Below are positions 26,973-52,179 of a stretch of DNA of 64,000 bases, piece by piece. The position numbers were made by a program, and so were the translations under genes. Below the pieces are notes generated by a model. It made no database searches. It had not been told where the DNA came from and saw only the letters and a program-made list of their open reading frames with translations. Source of the stretch: Balanoglossus misakiensis (taxonomy: Eukaryota > Animalia > Hemichordata); NCBI GenBank assembly GCA_040954595.2, contig CM082595.2:6996193-7060192 (forward strand), given 5' to 3'. How positions within the stretch are numbered: position 1 is the first letter of the stretch; each line of letters begins with the position of its first letter.

Positions 26973-29900
26973 ATGAACTTTTCAGAACTGTTCAAGCAGA
27001 CCAACAGTCTGTGTAAATTTTCGCCGAATGGACAATATTTGGTAAGTAACCAGTAATTATTTGGTCTGCTCGACTGAGTGCGAATGTTGTGACACAGTGA
27101 CAGCTCGACAAGGTGGGACATGTTTACATCCGAAATCACTGCTACATTTCACGTCGTCGTTACATTACTGTGAGCGTCAAAATGTCTCATTTCGTTTTCT
27201 TATCCAGTCTGCAAGTTAAACATATCAGTCCGTCAACCACTATTCCGTTTTACCGTTAGGTGGTTCCCATTTGTCGTATTTCACTGTACGATGACGTGAT
27301 ACTGATAGTGACTCATTCATGTCAGATTTGCAACTGACTACATCATGGGCGCAGCTGCCAGCTTGCATAACCGTATATATTTTCTGGTGTTGCGGTTTTA
27401 TGGCAAAATATCAAACCCCCCAACACCAGACAAAACCTCAAGCTGCTGTACTTACAATTAATAGAGTGTAATGTCAATTTTCATTAGATAGATACATGTC
27501 GCAATCTGCTCTTGAGAAAATAAAATATCCCATCCATGCAACAATTAACACATTCGTAACACAGTGACAACTCCGTGTTATGTTCACACAACACTGGTGA
27601 TACTTTTTTATGAAGATTTTTGTTTGATTGTACCAACAGGCTAACTGTGTTCAGTACCGTTTGATTGTACGGGATATCAAAACATTGCAGATTGTTCAGT
27701 TGTATACCTGCCTGGATGCTGTGCAGTATATTGAGGTGAGAACTGAACACACAGACAAGTATTGGCTACCTAGGTGTTGATGTAGGTTATAGATTTATAG
27801 GAGATTGAAAAATCCCTTATTAAATTGAAACCGGTTTCAAACCGTACGTGTAGCATTGACTGACCCATTCTTGAATATCAGCAACAAGAAAAAAGCAACT
27901 TCGTATTGTGAGGGAAATAAACAGTAAAATCTGCTGGTACCATCCCAAATGTAGATTTGTTGTTTGTTTTTTTAAACAAGAAATTACATGTATGCTACTG
28001 CAACCTTTTCCCCTGGATGTTTTGATAATTGTTACGTCAGTGAGGTTCTATTGTTTTGTCATTAGTTACAGCATATACAAGTGTATTAAACTATGAGGCA
28101 GTCCATACTTAAGCCTTTTTTTATTTTGCCTCTTTACTGCAGTGGTCATCTGACTCTATGTTTATATTATGTGGTATGTACAAGAGAGGAATTGTCCAGG
28201 TAGGTGCTTAGCTATGTTACTGTGATCTTATTGAACTTTGGTCAGCAACTGACTGAGCATTCTTGTTTCTCTTGGCCAAATCATTGAGGGCGCTCTGTAG
28301 AAAAATAGATGAAGTCTCTCATATGAACAATGGTGATTGGGTGTAAGGTTATAGTGAACTTAGGCAGGGCTAATTTGAATTTAAAATGTTATCCATCCTT
28401 AATTACACGTCATATGTATATCCTTTTTCCAATCATTGGAAAAACAAAGTCTCTGATTGACTTCAGAGGGACGATAGTTACATCACAATTCCCAGCAAGG
28501 GGTATGGGGTTTTGGAAGCAAAGAGGACAAAATACGACTAGATACTAGGCTATATGCATTGTGGCTGTCCACAGGTATGGTCCCTGGAGCAGCCCGAATG
28601 GACCTGTAAAATAGATGAAGGTTCAGCCGGACTGACCGCTGTCAGATGGAGTCCTGATGGAAGACATGTCCTCACCACGGCCGATTTCAATCTCAGAATC
28701 ACAGTTTGGTCACTAGTCAATAAGTCTGTGTCATACATCAAATATCCCAAGGATGCTAAACCAGGTCAGTTAAAAAAATTGTACTTGACTAGTTTCATTC
28801 TTTTGATTATCAAAATGTCTTGGCAAACTTTGCTTTGATTTCAAATTTATCTTTCATAGACATATGTACATGTACTTGTAAGGTTAGACTAAAAAATATT
28901 GGTAATTTTTCATCTGAGACAAAGTTTAATATAATAAAGAGTAAGTTAACCCTAACAGTCAGGACGTAAGTGGGGTAATTAAACCGCAGGGGATCATGCA
29001 ATGCAAACACTTAAACTGGCCAGTAACGTTTGAATTGCTCATTTGCATACAGTTTTTCAACTTTTTTCACAACGAAAGTTAAGCAACTAGCAACCCATTT
29101 CTGACAATTATTTCACCCCAGGCACATTACTGGTACTATGAGTGTACTACATGTGATTTTTCATGAAGTTTTATCGAGAAGAATTTCTTTACTTCCACTG
29201 ACAAAATTGTGATCACGAAATTCAAAGTGACCTTGAAGTTAAAAAATCAAAAAAAAAATGTCAGCCATACCCACACAAAAATTAACCCCCTCAGGTTTTA
29301 GAAACATTATTAAACTCCTCTATTCATAATTTTGACATGAATATATCCATGCCGAGAGTCAAGGACCACAATTTACAGTGCCATAGGTCAGTCCTGAGAA
29401 GTCAGTCAGCGTGAATAGTGTATAGACTCCGTATGTAATATGCTAATGAGAGATAACGACGCGTTGAAAAGGAAGCCATTACGTCATGGGTTAACATGCG
29501 TTGACCTACTTCAATGCATACACATATGGCAAACACGGCTGTACTCGTCGATGGCGAAGGCAATTTTTACACCGTCATTACTCCACAACGGAGCGGCTCA
29601 CACTATTATAATTTCACGGTAACTTAGTTCAATATCTTCCTAACCTACCCAATTTTTTTCAAGACAAGAAATCTTTGCCGAGAGTCAAGGACCACTATTT
29701 AAACCAACATACCGAAACTGTCTATCTCGGGAACGCGTCGTTAAAACTTCACGAAAAATCATCCTATCATTGACTATGGTGTTTCATACACGTCTTAGAA
29801 AAATGGATGCACTACGATCACTTGTAGTACCGAAAATCTCCGTTTGAAAATTTTTCCAACTGGCCGTAACTGCCACTCAGCGACGTTCACATTCAAATAG

Positions 29901-32900
29901 ATCTCTTTGATCTCACCGCCTTAATTACCCCACTTACGTCCTGACTGTAATGCTACTGGGTGTCATATCTGTTTAAAGTGTCAAGTCCCTTAAAATACGT
30001 ATTTGCCACTTTTTCTTCTAAAAAGTATTTTGACTGTCTTGACATGGCTCTAATACGTACTTAGACACACTTGGTAGTCTGAGCCCCCTGTAAAATGTAC
30101 CAAATTGCTCTGGTTTGCACTGGTTTGGTCTGAGGGTCTTGTATAGGTCCCACTGATTAACACGCACTTGGCATTCTAACAGGCCTGGGAGCCAGGATCT
30201 TAAGCACCCTGGAAATCAAACCAGTTTCAACTGACTTGGCAGCGTTAGGGTTAATATGTACCAGTTGTGGTACACTACATGTATATATTAGGTTTTTTTA
30301 TCACTATGATTTTATTATAATTCACACATGTACACCACATATATCTTGGTCTTGGGGTGACATGTCTTTTGATCTTGTACCACAGCAATGGATTTCAGCA
30401 AAGATGGGAAGTACATGGCTTTGGCTGAGAGGAGAGACTGCAAAGATTACATCAGTGTCTTTGTCTGCAGTACATGGCAGTTGGTCAAAGTGAGTACTTT
30501 TCTACCTTGCGTTTGTTTTCCTGGGTGTCAGAGGGCTGTCAGTATACACATGATGACTGACAATGAGGGCAACAGTGTATTTTCATAGCCCGAGGGAAAA
30601 CAGACTGTTTTGGTGTGACTGGCAGTCCCGAGGTCATCAAAAATACACTGTTGCTCGAATATGTCAGTCATCATGTGTATACTATAACCCAATGTTTTCA
30701 TTCACTGTTGCCTCTCACTTACTTGGCTTGAATTCTATAAAATGCAATTGTTTGAGTCCTTTGCATGGATATGTGCAACTAACAAATAGTTAAACCAAAT
30801 TTTGTTGCTACATTTTGAAAAGAAAACATTTATTTTCAATTACTCAGCAGCTGGATGTATTTAGTATTTCTGTGCCATGCATGCTTAAATGTTTCCATAA
30901 TCATATTTTTTAGAAAAATAACTATATCACTCTTAATTTTTTGCAATCAGCATTTTGAGACGAATACCAGAGACCTGGCAGGGATTTCGTGGTCTCCTGA
31001 TGGTAGGGTGCTGTGTGTTTGGGACACCCCTCTAGAGGTAAGGGTTAATTTCCGTTCACAAAAGTTCTCAGTTCACATTTCATGCTAGTATGACATGCTG
31101 TATAAATTGAACTATATATATTACATGACCTGTGCTTTAAAGGGACAAAGTCTCTCTCTCGATACCCTTTTTCCATTAATTATGTTTGATACAAGACAAC
31201 GTTTATGTTATTCTACATGTGGATATATAGTGAATGAATGTTCATCCACTCACAACTTCCATCCCGCTTGTAGATATGAGAGTAGAAACACTCACCAAAA
31301 TGAATAAACGGTAGGGACTGATTATTCATTTTGGCAAGTTTTTTACTATCATATCCTGCAAGTAAGATGGAAGTTGTGTGTGCTTGAAAGTTGATTCACT
31401 ATATGTCCACATGTAGAATAACAGAAATGGTGTCTTGTATCAAACATAATTAATGGAAAAAGGCCTGCGAGAGAGAGACTTTGTCCCTTTAAGGGACTTG
31501 AAACTCTAAACAGGTATGACACCCAGTAGCATTAGGGTTAAGCTACTCTACATGTTGCCTGACTACTTAATTGTTATTTTCCCCGCTTCCAGTATAAGTT
31601 GCTGCTGTACTTAGTCGATGGCCGGTGTGTGGCCACATACAGTGCGTATGACTGGGCACTGGGTATCAAATCTGTGGCCTGGTCACCTACCAGTCAGTTT
31701 CTGGCCATTGGAAGCTTTGATGAAAAGGTGAGGACAGAACAGACATATGGTCAGCCTGTGTATTCACGTTATAAGTGTTTTGCAATTTGCTGAGTACATG
31801 TTTTGTGTATAAATAAGTACCTACACAACTGGATAGGCTTTAAGACATGCCAGTGACATGGTATGATAAGCACCTGTAATTAGTAACGAAATGAAAATAG
31901 CTGCACAACTCACCAACCTGTACATCAATCCACCTGCTCAGTAGTAGAGACAATAGGATTGTTCCAAAGATCACTGATGAGAGAGATTTATTTGTGGCAT
32001 TTTCACACAGGTCCGGATACTAAATCACATCACATGGAAGACAGTGGTGACTCACTCGCATCCAGTCACTCTGGATAATGCAGCTGTGGTAAGTTTCAGT
32101 AATTCTAAGTTGCTATAGTAACCGTCCAGTTATTGTCCAATTAACCGTTTGACCAATTAACTGTTCAGCCAATTAAAGGGACAATATCTCTCTCTCGCTC
32201 CCCTTTTCCCATTAATTTTGTTTGATACAAGACACTGTTTATGTTAATGTACATGTGTATATGTAGTGAATGAACGTTCAACCACACACAACTTCCATCC
32301 CGTTTGTGGGATATGAGAGTAACAACTCACCCAGAATGAATAAATGGTAGAGAACGATTATTCATTTTGGCGAGTTTTTTTCACCCTTATGTCTACAACT
32401 AGTACAAGTGGGATGGAAGTTGTGTGCGGTTAAATGTTGATTCACTATATATCCACATGTAGAATAACATAAACGTTGTTTTGCATCAAACATAATGAAA
32501 GAAGGGTAGCGAGAGAGAGAGAGACTTTGTCCCTTTAACTGTTCAACCAATCTGTCAGTCAATCCAGTGAAATGATCTACTAATTCATACACACAGAAAA
32601 ATAATCTATGCATCCTGCCATTCTTGTAATGTAATTTGTTTTCCATCTGTAGGTTGTATATAAAGAGGTAGAGAAGAAGCCATTGCTACTACGAGGTGAA
32701 ACAGCCCCACCAGATGGATTTGTATTCTCAATACAAAGTAAATGTAAGTTTAATGTGAGAAGGTGTGTGAAATATAGTGTTGTGCTGTCTTGTTCTGTGT
32801 TGTGTTGTGTTGTATTATACAGTCAAACCTCTCTATAGTGGCCAGTTTAGGGACTTTCCTAGACTGGCCTTTATAGACGGGTGGCCTTTATATAGAGGTT

Positions 32901-35900
32901 AAAGGTACACGGTCACATGCAATTTACATACGCCCATATATGGTTGAAATAGAGTCTTTGAGCATTCTAAAGAACATATGGTGGCGCTCTTTTTTCATGT
33001 GTGCCACCAACTGCAAATCCGTGATTTGCTAGATCTCAAGTTTACCCTGGTTACTGTAGCTAATTTTCCATAGGTGACCGTATACCTTTAATTAACACAC
33101 ATGTGAATTGCACAGGGACTGTAACAAAGTGGCCACTGTATAGAGGTGACCCCTATTTAGGGGTGGCCACTAACAGGGGTTATACTATGCTGCAATGCAT
33201 TGAGTTGTATATCCTGAATTCTCTTATTTTCTCTCCCGTCCCCCAGATGAAGTCTTACCAGGCTCAGTACAAGTGCCTGCAGTCAAGCCAGATCCAGACA
33301 AGGCCAATCCCAAAATTGGAATCAGTAAGCTTGCATTCAGTGGAGACAATAGATATCTGTATTCCAAAAATGGTGAGTTGTCAATAAATTAATTTGAGTT
33401 GAATGACAATAGTCGCTTGCACACGTGCAATGATTAGGGCGCCCTTTTTTGGATTATAAAAGTTGGTAAACATTTCTTATCAGCGACTCAAATAGTTTTG
33501 CATTCACATGTGTATAAAAGGGACGGGATCACCGCACTCGGACATTTATGCAAATTAGGTTCAAATAGGCTTCATGGTGCGATTGAAAATCAAGGACACA
33601 TTTCGCCACTTGTCCCATTTGTTGTTCCACATCAAATAAATGGAAGATCCGAGAAAATCCACACTTTTCCAGTTTTTGTACAGTCATCCTATAAGTATAA
33701 GCGCTTCTACGGTACCGCCTGTGAGTCTTACAGCTTTGAAACCAGTGCGTAATATACTAGTAGCATGACTCCATGCTAGTAGTAAAAGCATACCGGGATG
33801 TGGCTTTGAGTTGGTCCCTTGGGACAAAGACGTTTTTAATTTATTCACGCACAGGGATGTATTTTTAGCCAGACAATGGCAAGACCTAGTTGCCTAGCAA
33901 TTATCACCGTGAACTTTGCTACAAGTTTCACTACCACTTCCACTGGGCGTCTCAATTTTTTCAGCAGAGCCCCAGCTGCAGTAAGTTCCGACTACCTCAA
34001 GGCTTTGCCTGTAGGTTTTGGGGCTCCTCATTTTACTGATGACCATCAGCAACAAGGCAAATTGACCGTTGACTAAGCAAGGACCCAAGGTGCTAAACAT
34101 CGCTCTTTTCAGAGGGGTAATTTTACATGCAAGCTCATTAGAAACTGCCACTTGTATCCCCTCAAACCGCGTCGGAAGAGTGCGTTTAGATCGGCGTTTA
34201 GTGCGGTGTTTCTGTTCACACGTGATTTGAATCGCTGTTTAGTGCGGCGCCCCGACCCAGGTCCCACCCCTCAACACCGTCACAAAAAAAGAGCGGCGCA
34301 GGGCCGCTCTCACCTTTTCACACGTGGCACTTACAAATTAACGCCGCCCTAGCGCCGCCGCTGGGGCGGCGTTGACGGCACGTGAGAAAAGGGTTAATGT
34401 AAGGCTGTTTTTGTTTGTTTGCGATCAACAGGAGAGATTATGTCCTCTACAAATAACTGGGAACAGTAGACAATATGGGATGCCCACAAGCTGCAGTTGG
34501 AGGGATTATTTTCTAGATTTCGTATTGAATCAAAATTATCATGTACATATCATTGCTGAGGGATATGTAGACAAGTGTTGTTTAACCATTGAATAGTATG
34601 CTTGTACTGGTTTGCAAGTGAAAGCGACATTCAATCACAAACCACCTAAACATAATGTTTATTTACAGATAATATGCCGAATGCACTGTGGATCTGGGAT
34701 GTGCACAAGTTGTCACAGATCGTACTCCTTATACAAGCCGGACCAATCAAATGTAAGTACTTGAAAGAAATCAGCCATTATTACGACCCATGTAAAACCT
34801 AGAGTCAATCAAGTAACTATACATTTACGTGTATACATGTACGGAAGTTATCGCACACGAGATATAATAGGCTCACTCTTTTCGAAATACCCACAAATCA
34901 GCCATTATTATGACCCATGTAAAACCTACACGTAGTGTCAACCAAGTAGCTATACATTTATAGCAGTTATCACACATGAGATATGATAGGCTCACTCTTT
35001 TCGAAACACCCACCTTTATGCATAAGATTTATGTACTAGTATTTTTCTTTCAGGGATGTCCATTATGATGGATATATTTTCTCAGTAAATTTTGTTTTGA
35101 ACTGCACAGATTTTTTGTCAGGAACTGTAGTTGTCAATTGTTCAAGTTCGTTTTAAAAATACGTAAAATGTGATTTTGTTTTAGCTGTAGAGTGGGATCC
35201 CTGTCATCCAAGACTGGCGCTGTGCACTGGCAACAACAAAGTGTATTTGTGGTCACCGGCTGGGTGTGTGTCTGTCGAAGTGCCCTCAGAAGGTAAAACT
35301 GATTTTTTTTTTCCTTTTTACCCTGTAGTATTGTTTACCTGTACCTAAGGTTACAGGATTAGAGTCCACTGTCCACATCACACTGTCAAAAGGGCATGTC
35401 TAAGTATATGAATATTCATATAGTTTTGGCTAGATTTCTGCTTTCCAAATTTGTGATTGGCTAGATTTCTGCTGTCCAATTCTGTGATTGGCTAGATTTC
35501 TGCTTTCCAAATCTGTGATTGGCTAGATTTCTGCTTTCCAAATCTGTGATTGGCTAGATTTCTGCTGTCCAATTCTGTGATTGGCTAGATTTCTGCTTTC
35601 CAATTCTGTGATTGGCTAGATTTCTGCTTTCCAATTCTGTGATTGGCTAGATTTCTGCTTTCCAATTCTGTGATTGGCTAGATTTCTGCTTTCCAAATCT
35701 GTGATCGGCTAGATTTCTGCTTTCCAAATCTGTGATCGGCTAGATTTCTGCTTTCCAATTCTGTGATTGGCTAGATTTCTGCTTTCCAAATCTGTGATTG
35801 GCTAGATTTCTGCTGTCCAAATCTGTGATTGGCTAGATTTCTGCTTTCCAAATCTGTGATTGGCTAGATTTCTGCTTTCCAGTTCTGTGATTGGCTAGAT

Positions 35901-36491
35901 TTCTGCTTTCCAAATCTGTGATTGGCTAGATTTCTGCTTTCCAATTCTGTGATTGGCTAGATTTCTCCTTTCCATGGTGGTAAAATTCTGGTGTTTCTTC
36001 TGCTGATAACTGGACTTGCATTTGGTACTTGTGTGCCTTGTGCCATAGCGGGTTGGAACTTGGATGTTGACACCATATTGTCATCAAATTTTAATACTTG
36101 GGCATACATTTTTCTATAAATTTTGACCAATTCATAGAATATATGGAAAGAGGATATTATGATAATGTAAAACACTTGTGACTGAAAGTCTGAATGGAAG
36201 TCAAGCGTTTTTGTTTATTTATTTTCATCTTTGTGATTATTTCTATTGTGTGTTTATTTTTATTTTTATCATGTGTTTCTGTGATTATTTTTATTGTGTA
36301 TTTCTGTGTTTATTTTAATTTTATATTTCTGTGTTTATTTTTTATCGTGTTTCTGATTCAGTTTATTATTTTGCGTTTCAGCCACATTTCAAGTGCACTC
36401 GCTGAAATGGCATCCTAGTGGCAACTCCATAATGCTGATGGGTCGGGAACATATGTGTATGTGTTTCATTGAAGCTGATGAGGACAGCTGA
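26973..36491 (+). CDS. WRAP73: WD repeat protein WRAP73/WDR8 (444 aa, 13 exons)
   Basis: Exons 26973-27041 ([23 protein letters not shown]), 27640-27735, 28143-28199, 28575-28764, 30386-30489, 30951-31037, 31593-31727, 32011-32088, 32653-32743, 33247-33372, 34669-34752, 35185-35292, 36382-36491. They sum to 1335 nt in frame. Diagnostic motifs [54 protein letters not shown]. Confidence 0.95.
28946..30254. mobile_element. TTAA|CCCTAA...TTAGGG|TTAA MITE (piggyBac-like ends) split by the 1-kb element; related copy at ~3586-3850
   Basis: Removing 28956-29950 restores TTAACCCTAATGCTACTGGGTGTCATATCTG, matching 3588ff. Confidence 0.75.
28956..29947. mobile_element. ~1-kb non-autonomous element with 27-bp TIR and TAA TSD
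   Basis: TAA|CAGTCAGGACGTAAGTGGGGTAATTAA...TTAATTACCCCACTTACGTCCTGACTG|TAA. Confidence 0.85.
31137..31492. mobile_element. MITE family A
   Basis: Complete; abuts the inverted end of the CCCTAA-family MITE (31489-31541). Confidence 0.85.
32173..32538. mobile_element. MITE family A
   Basis: Complete TIRs and TTAA. Confidence 0.85.
34768..35012. repeat. ~125-bp local tandem duplication
   Basis: AAATCAGCCATTATTA...GGCTCACTCTTTTCGAAA(T/C)ACCCAC occurs twice. Confidence 0.8.
35428..35974. repeat. 30-bp minisatellite x~18 (GGCTAGATTTCTGCTTTCCAAATCTGTGATT)
   Basis: Tandem units in the last WRAP73 intron. Confidence 0.95.
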
Positions 36492-36510
36492 AGGGTGATT
36501 GACAAACCAG

Positions 36511-36871
36511 TACAGTGAAACCTCTCTAATAAGGACACCTGTGGGACTGGAAATGTGTCCTTAATAGGAACATGTTCTTAAAGGTATACAGTCACCTCCA
36601 ATTTACATACGCCCATATATGGCTGAAATGACGTATTTGAGGGTTCGAAAATATGTAAAAATCATATGGTGACGCTCTTTTATTCGCGTGTGCCACCCAT
36701 TGAAAATCCGTGATTGGCTAGATCTCAAGTTTACCATGGTAACTGTAGCTAAATTTCCATAGGTGACCGTATACCTTTAATAGACAGGTAATATTCTATT
36801 CAAACTGTGACTTTTGTTTTGAAAAATCTGTCCTTAATAGAGAGGTGTCCATAATGACAGGTTTCACTGTA
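36511..36871. mobile_element. TA-flanked MITE (CAGTGAAACCT...AGGTTTCACTG) with nested family-B MITE
   Basis: TIRs and TA flanks; family B inserted at an internal TTAA (36578-36780). A similar nesting occurs at 32817-33180. Confidence 0.75.
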
Positions 36872-37486
36872 CATGTAGTTTCTAACTTGGAATGTCCCAC
36901 ACCCTGATGTGTAAAGATGGCTCATATGACATGCAAACACCAAAGGACTGATTCTGTCATCATGATTATATTCAGTGTGTCACAAGCTTTATATGATCGG
37001 GTCGACTCACGGAAAAAACAGCTAATTCAAATAACTTCCCCGAGAAAAAAATATACTTAAAACATGGTAACAGTTACTGCCATGCAACCTTTATTAAATC
37101 TGGCATATTATTTTTAGTTTTTAGTACTGTTTATTTGAGAAGTTTGGATAAATTCTTGTAAACTTTTTTTGTAAATTTGCTACTGCCAAGTCCATCTCAC
37201 TGTACAAGGTTCATTTTGGTAAAGTCTGTTTCACAGACAAGCGTCACTTTGTCCATTTCACAAACAAATAAGTAAACGAGACAATTTTTATGCTGCCACT
37301 CATTATGTAATGCAAGTTCATTTACATACAGTACTCACTGCCACAACATGTTCAAAAGTTAGTGTGAATAATTTTCAATGGTAGCAATCTCATTAAACTG
37401 CCAATTTAGACAATGTCCAAGGGAATTTTTTGACCAACCCAGTGTAACAATTATGAAGATATGTTGCGCAAGCCTTTCAAAAGAAT

Positions 37487-37690
37487 TAAAGGGACAAAGT
37501 CTCTCTCTCGCTGCCCTTTTTCTATCAATTATGTTTGATACAAGACACTGTTTATGTTATGCAGCATGTGGGTATATAGTGAATTAACGTTCAACCAAAC
37601 ACATCTTCCATCCGCTTGTAGACACGAGAGTGAAAAAACTCGCCAAAATGAATAATCGGTCTCTACCATTTATTCATTTTGTCCCTTTAA
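37487..37690. mobile_element. MITE family A (internally deleted)
   Basis: Left TIR plus short right end TTTGTCCCT|TTAA. Confidence 0.75.
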
Positions 37691-38643
37691 CACAGTTGAG
37701 TATCACACATCCTCCATGGCAGACAATTGTATATAGCCGTTGATTCTGAGATTATTCAGGGTCTCTTCGTCGAGGAAACATTTTTCATACTCATCGAAGT
37801 CGGCAGCATCATTTTCCGATCTCATTTCATAGCATGCACTCGCTTATACACAATCTAGCCATGTATACATGTACCGTAGATACTGAATATCCAGCCAATC
37901 ACAGATTTTCACATGAGGGCCACCCATAAAAAGTGCACAGCCCCCTCGTATATCCGCAAAAGAGCATATGTAAATTAGATGTTACCATTAACCAATCAAG
38001 TGATGGCTTTTATTCACTCATCAACACATGCCATTGTGTTATTGTTAAAAAGCAAGTATTTTATACTTTTGCTGTTGCTTTTCTGCTGGTAATGAAAGGC
38101 CCCCATCCTTGCCACAAGTTTCACCCACATTGAGTTCATTCTCAAATGAGCTTTGCTCTAATGTATGTAGGGATTTTACAACCCCCTGTGAATTAGTCAC
38201 TAGCAACTGCCTTTTAGATTTTTCATAAAATAATCGCTCGACCTTCAGAGAATCTCATTAATGATGCACCAGGTTTATTTTTTTTCTCTCTCTCGTCTCT
38301 TTTTCAACTATATTTCTTAATGTATATTTTCAAATTGGAGAAATTATGTGATTGTCTTCCTAATTAAGTAAGTTAAAAATGATCAGTGTAAATACTTGAA
38401 AGCAAATTGAAAGGAATAAAATTAGCATTAATCAAGAATCTGTCAAGATGCATGTATGTATGTATTTTTTGAGCTCATCCATCCTATCCTGTCACGTGAC
38501 TACTCACAATTCGAGCGTTGCCACCAACTCGTACATGCAGTTATCAGCTGTGGTTTGTACTAGTAGTAGTATATGTACTAGTATCCATGTAACTGACCCG
38601 AGACAACAGGTTCAACGTTATTAAAGAACCGAGCGGCGTATGC

Positions 38644-50894
<12,251 letters not shown>

Positions 50895-50934
50895 GGTTTT
50901 CGACTCAATATCAATATCGTGTGGATTAGATTGT

Positions 50935-51073
50935 TATGATAAACGGGATGGAAGTTCTTTGTGGTTGAACGTTGATTCACTATATATCCACATGTAGAAT
51001 AACATACACGGTGTCTTGTATCAAACACAATTAATAGAAAAAAGGCAGCGAGAGAGAGACTTTGTTCCTTTAA
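50935..51073. mobile_element. MITE family A (right half)
   Basis: Ends GGCAGCGAGAGAGAGACTTTGTTCCT|TTAA. Confidence 0.75.
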
Positions 51074-51251
51074 TTGAATTCGCCTATATTGCCGCGAACA
51101 GGCTCCCTCCCTTACAGTATAGTGAACACCGTGAAGGTCTGAACCTAATGTACCATTCGGGGATGACGTCAGGTAATGCTTCAGGTTAAACATATACCGA
51201 TGGCACAATTGAAAGAAAGAATAGACGTATATCATTTTCTTCTTCTTCAAG

Positions 51252-51406
51252 GTATGGACGATTGAAGTTTATCTTCTCAGATTTGCTTGTCCAATCCGTT
51301 TTTTGTTTTGTGGCGGCACTGTCACCAAACCTTGTCATATTTATGTTGTGTCAGTTCATCATTGGGTTCACCTATCCAGGAATCTTTATTGCAACGTTTG
51401 CATATG
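51252..51406 (+). pseudogene. Orphan SLC22 exon-3 paralogue downstream of the transporter stop codon
   Basis: 155-nt open exon with AG/GTAAG ends, encoding (R)YGRLKFIFSDLLVQSVFCFVAALSPNLVIFMLCQFIIGFTYPGIFIATFAY. Homologous to 42138-42292 in length, phase and the YGR..SPNLV..LCQF..YPG..AY pattern. Confidence 0.8.
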
Positions 51407-52078
51407 GTAAGAAAATCTTTATACATTGTATGTATATAAAGTAGGGTAGTAGGAGAAACGAAAGGCGGTATAATCTCTACAACGCTGTTTAGTGAGTCAC
51501 TGGGTGATTTCGGACTAAACTACGCCACTTACCCACACATAAACCATCTTTAAAAGACAAAACAGGCAGCATATGACAGAATCGGAGGTGTTTTCTTCAA
51601 GTTTGTTTAAAGTTTTGAAGCTTCCGGGTTCTGGGTATCCTGTGACATTAGCGTAATATACGCAGTACGCAGTTACGCGCACAGAAAGTCGGGTCAGCTT
51701 TCATCATTCATGACTCAACAAACAAAAATTAAGTTTATAAGTTTGATTTTTATTCTTCATCGGTTTAAGTTTCCAATTTCTCTATCTATGCTAGAAAGCG
51801 CTCTTATACAGTCGCATTCTGGGCTCTGTTCGTGTGACGAATGGTGGGCTAACTTTAAAAATACAACAGGATGAAATGAATCATTCTGCGGTCAATTGCA
51901 ATGTTGTCCGTGTCGTCAGCTAATCAAAGATTATAACCGTCTGGGGACTACATGCCCCCACTTCACACACGACTGACGTAATCAAGCTTTGCGTTATCTG
52001 CAAAGTTGGTCTCGGCAAACACGACAATGCCACGGCTGACAAAAAATGTTCTGCCGATAACCACTGCTTGGCTCAGCG

Positions 52079-52179
52079 TAGTCTCGGTTACCCAGACTCT
52101 CTTACTCTTTCTCTCGTCTCAAGCGCAGCGCCCTCTTGAGACGAGAGAAAGAGTAAGAGAGTCTGGGTAACCGAGACTA
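52079..52179. mobile_element. 101-bp hairpin MITE with 9-bp TSD
   Basis: TAGTCTCGGTTACCCAGACTCTC...GAGAGTCTGGGTAACCGAGACTA; TSD GGCTCAGCG. Confidence 0.9.

Noticed and set aside
35428-35974. CRISPR-like regular repeats
   Set aside because: Contiguous 30-bp units with no unique spacers, in a eukaryotic intron.
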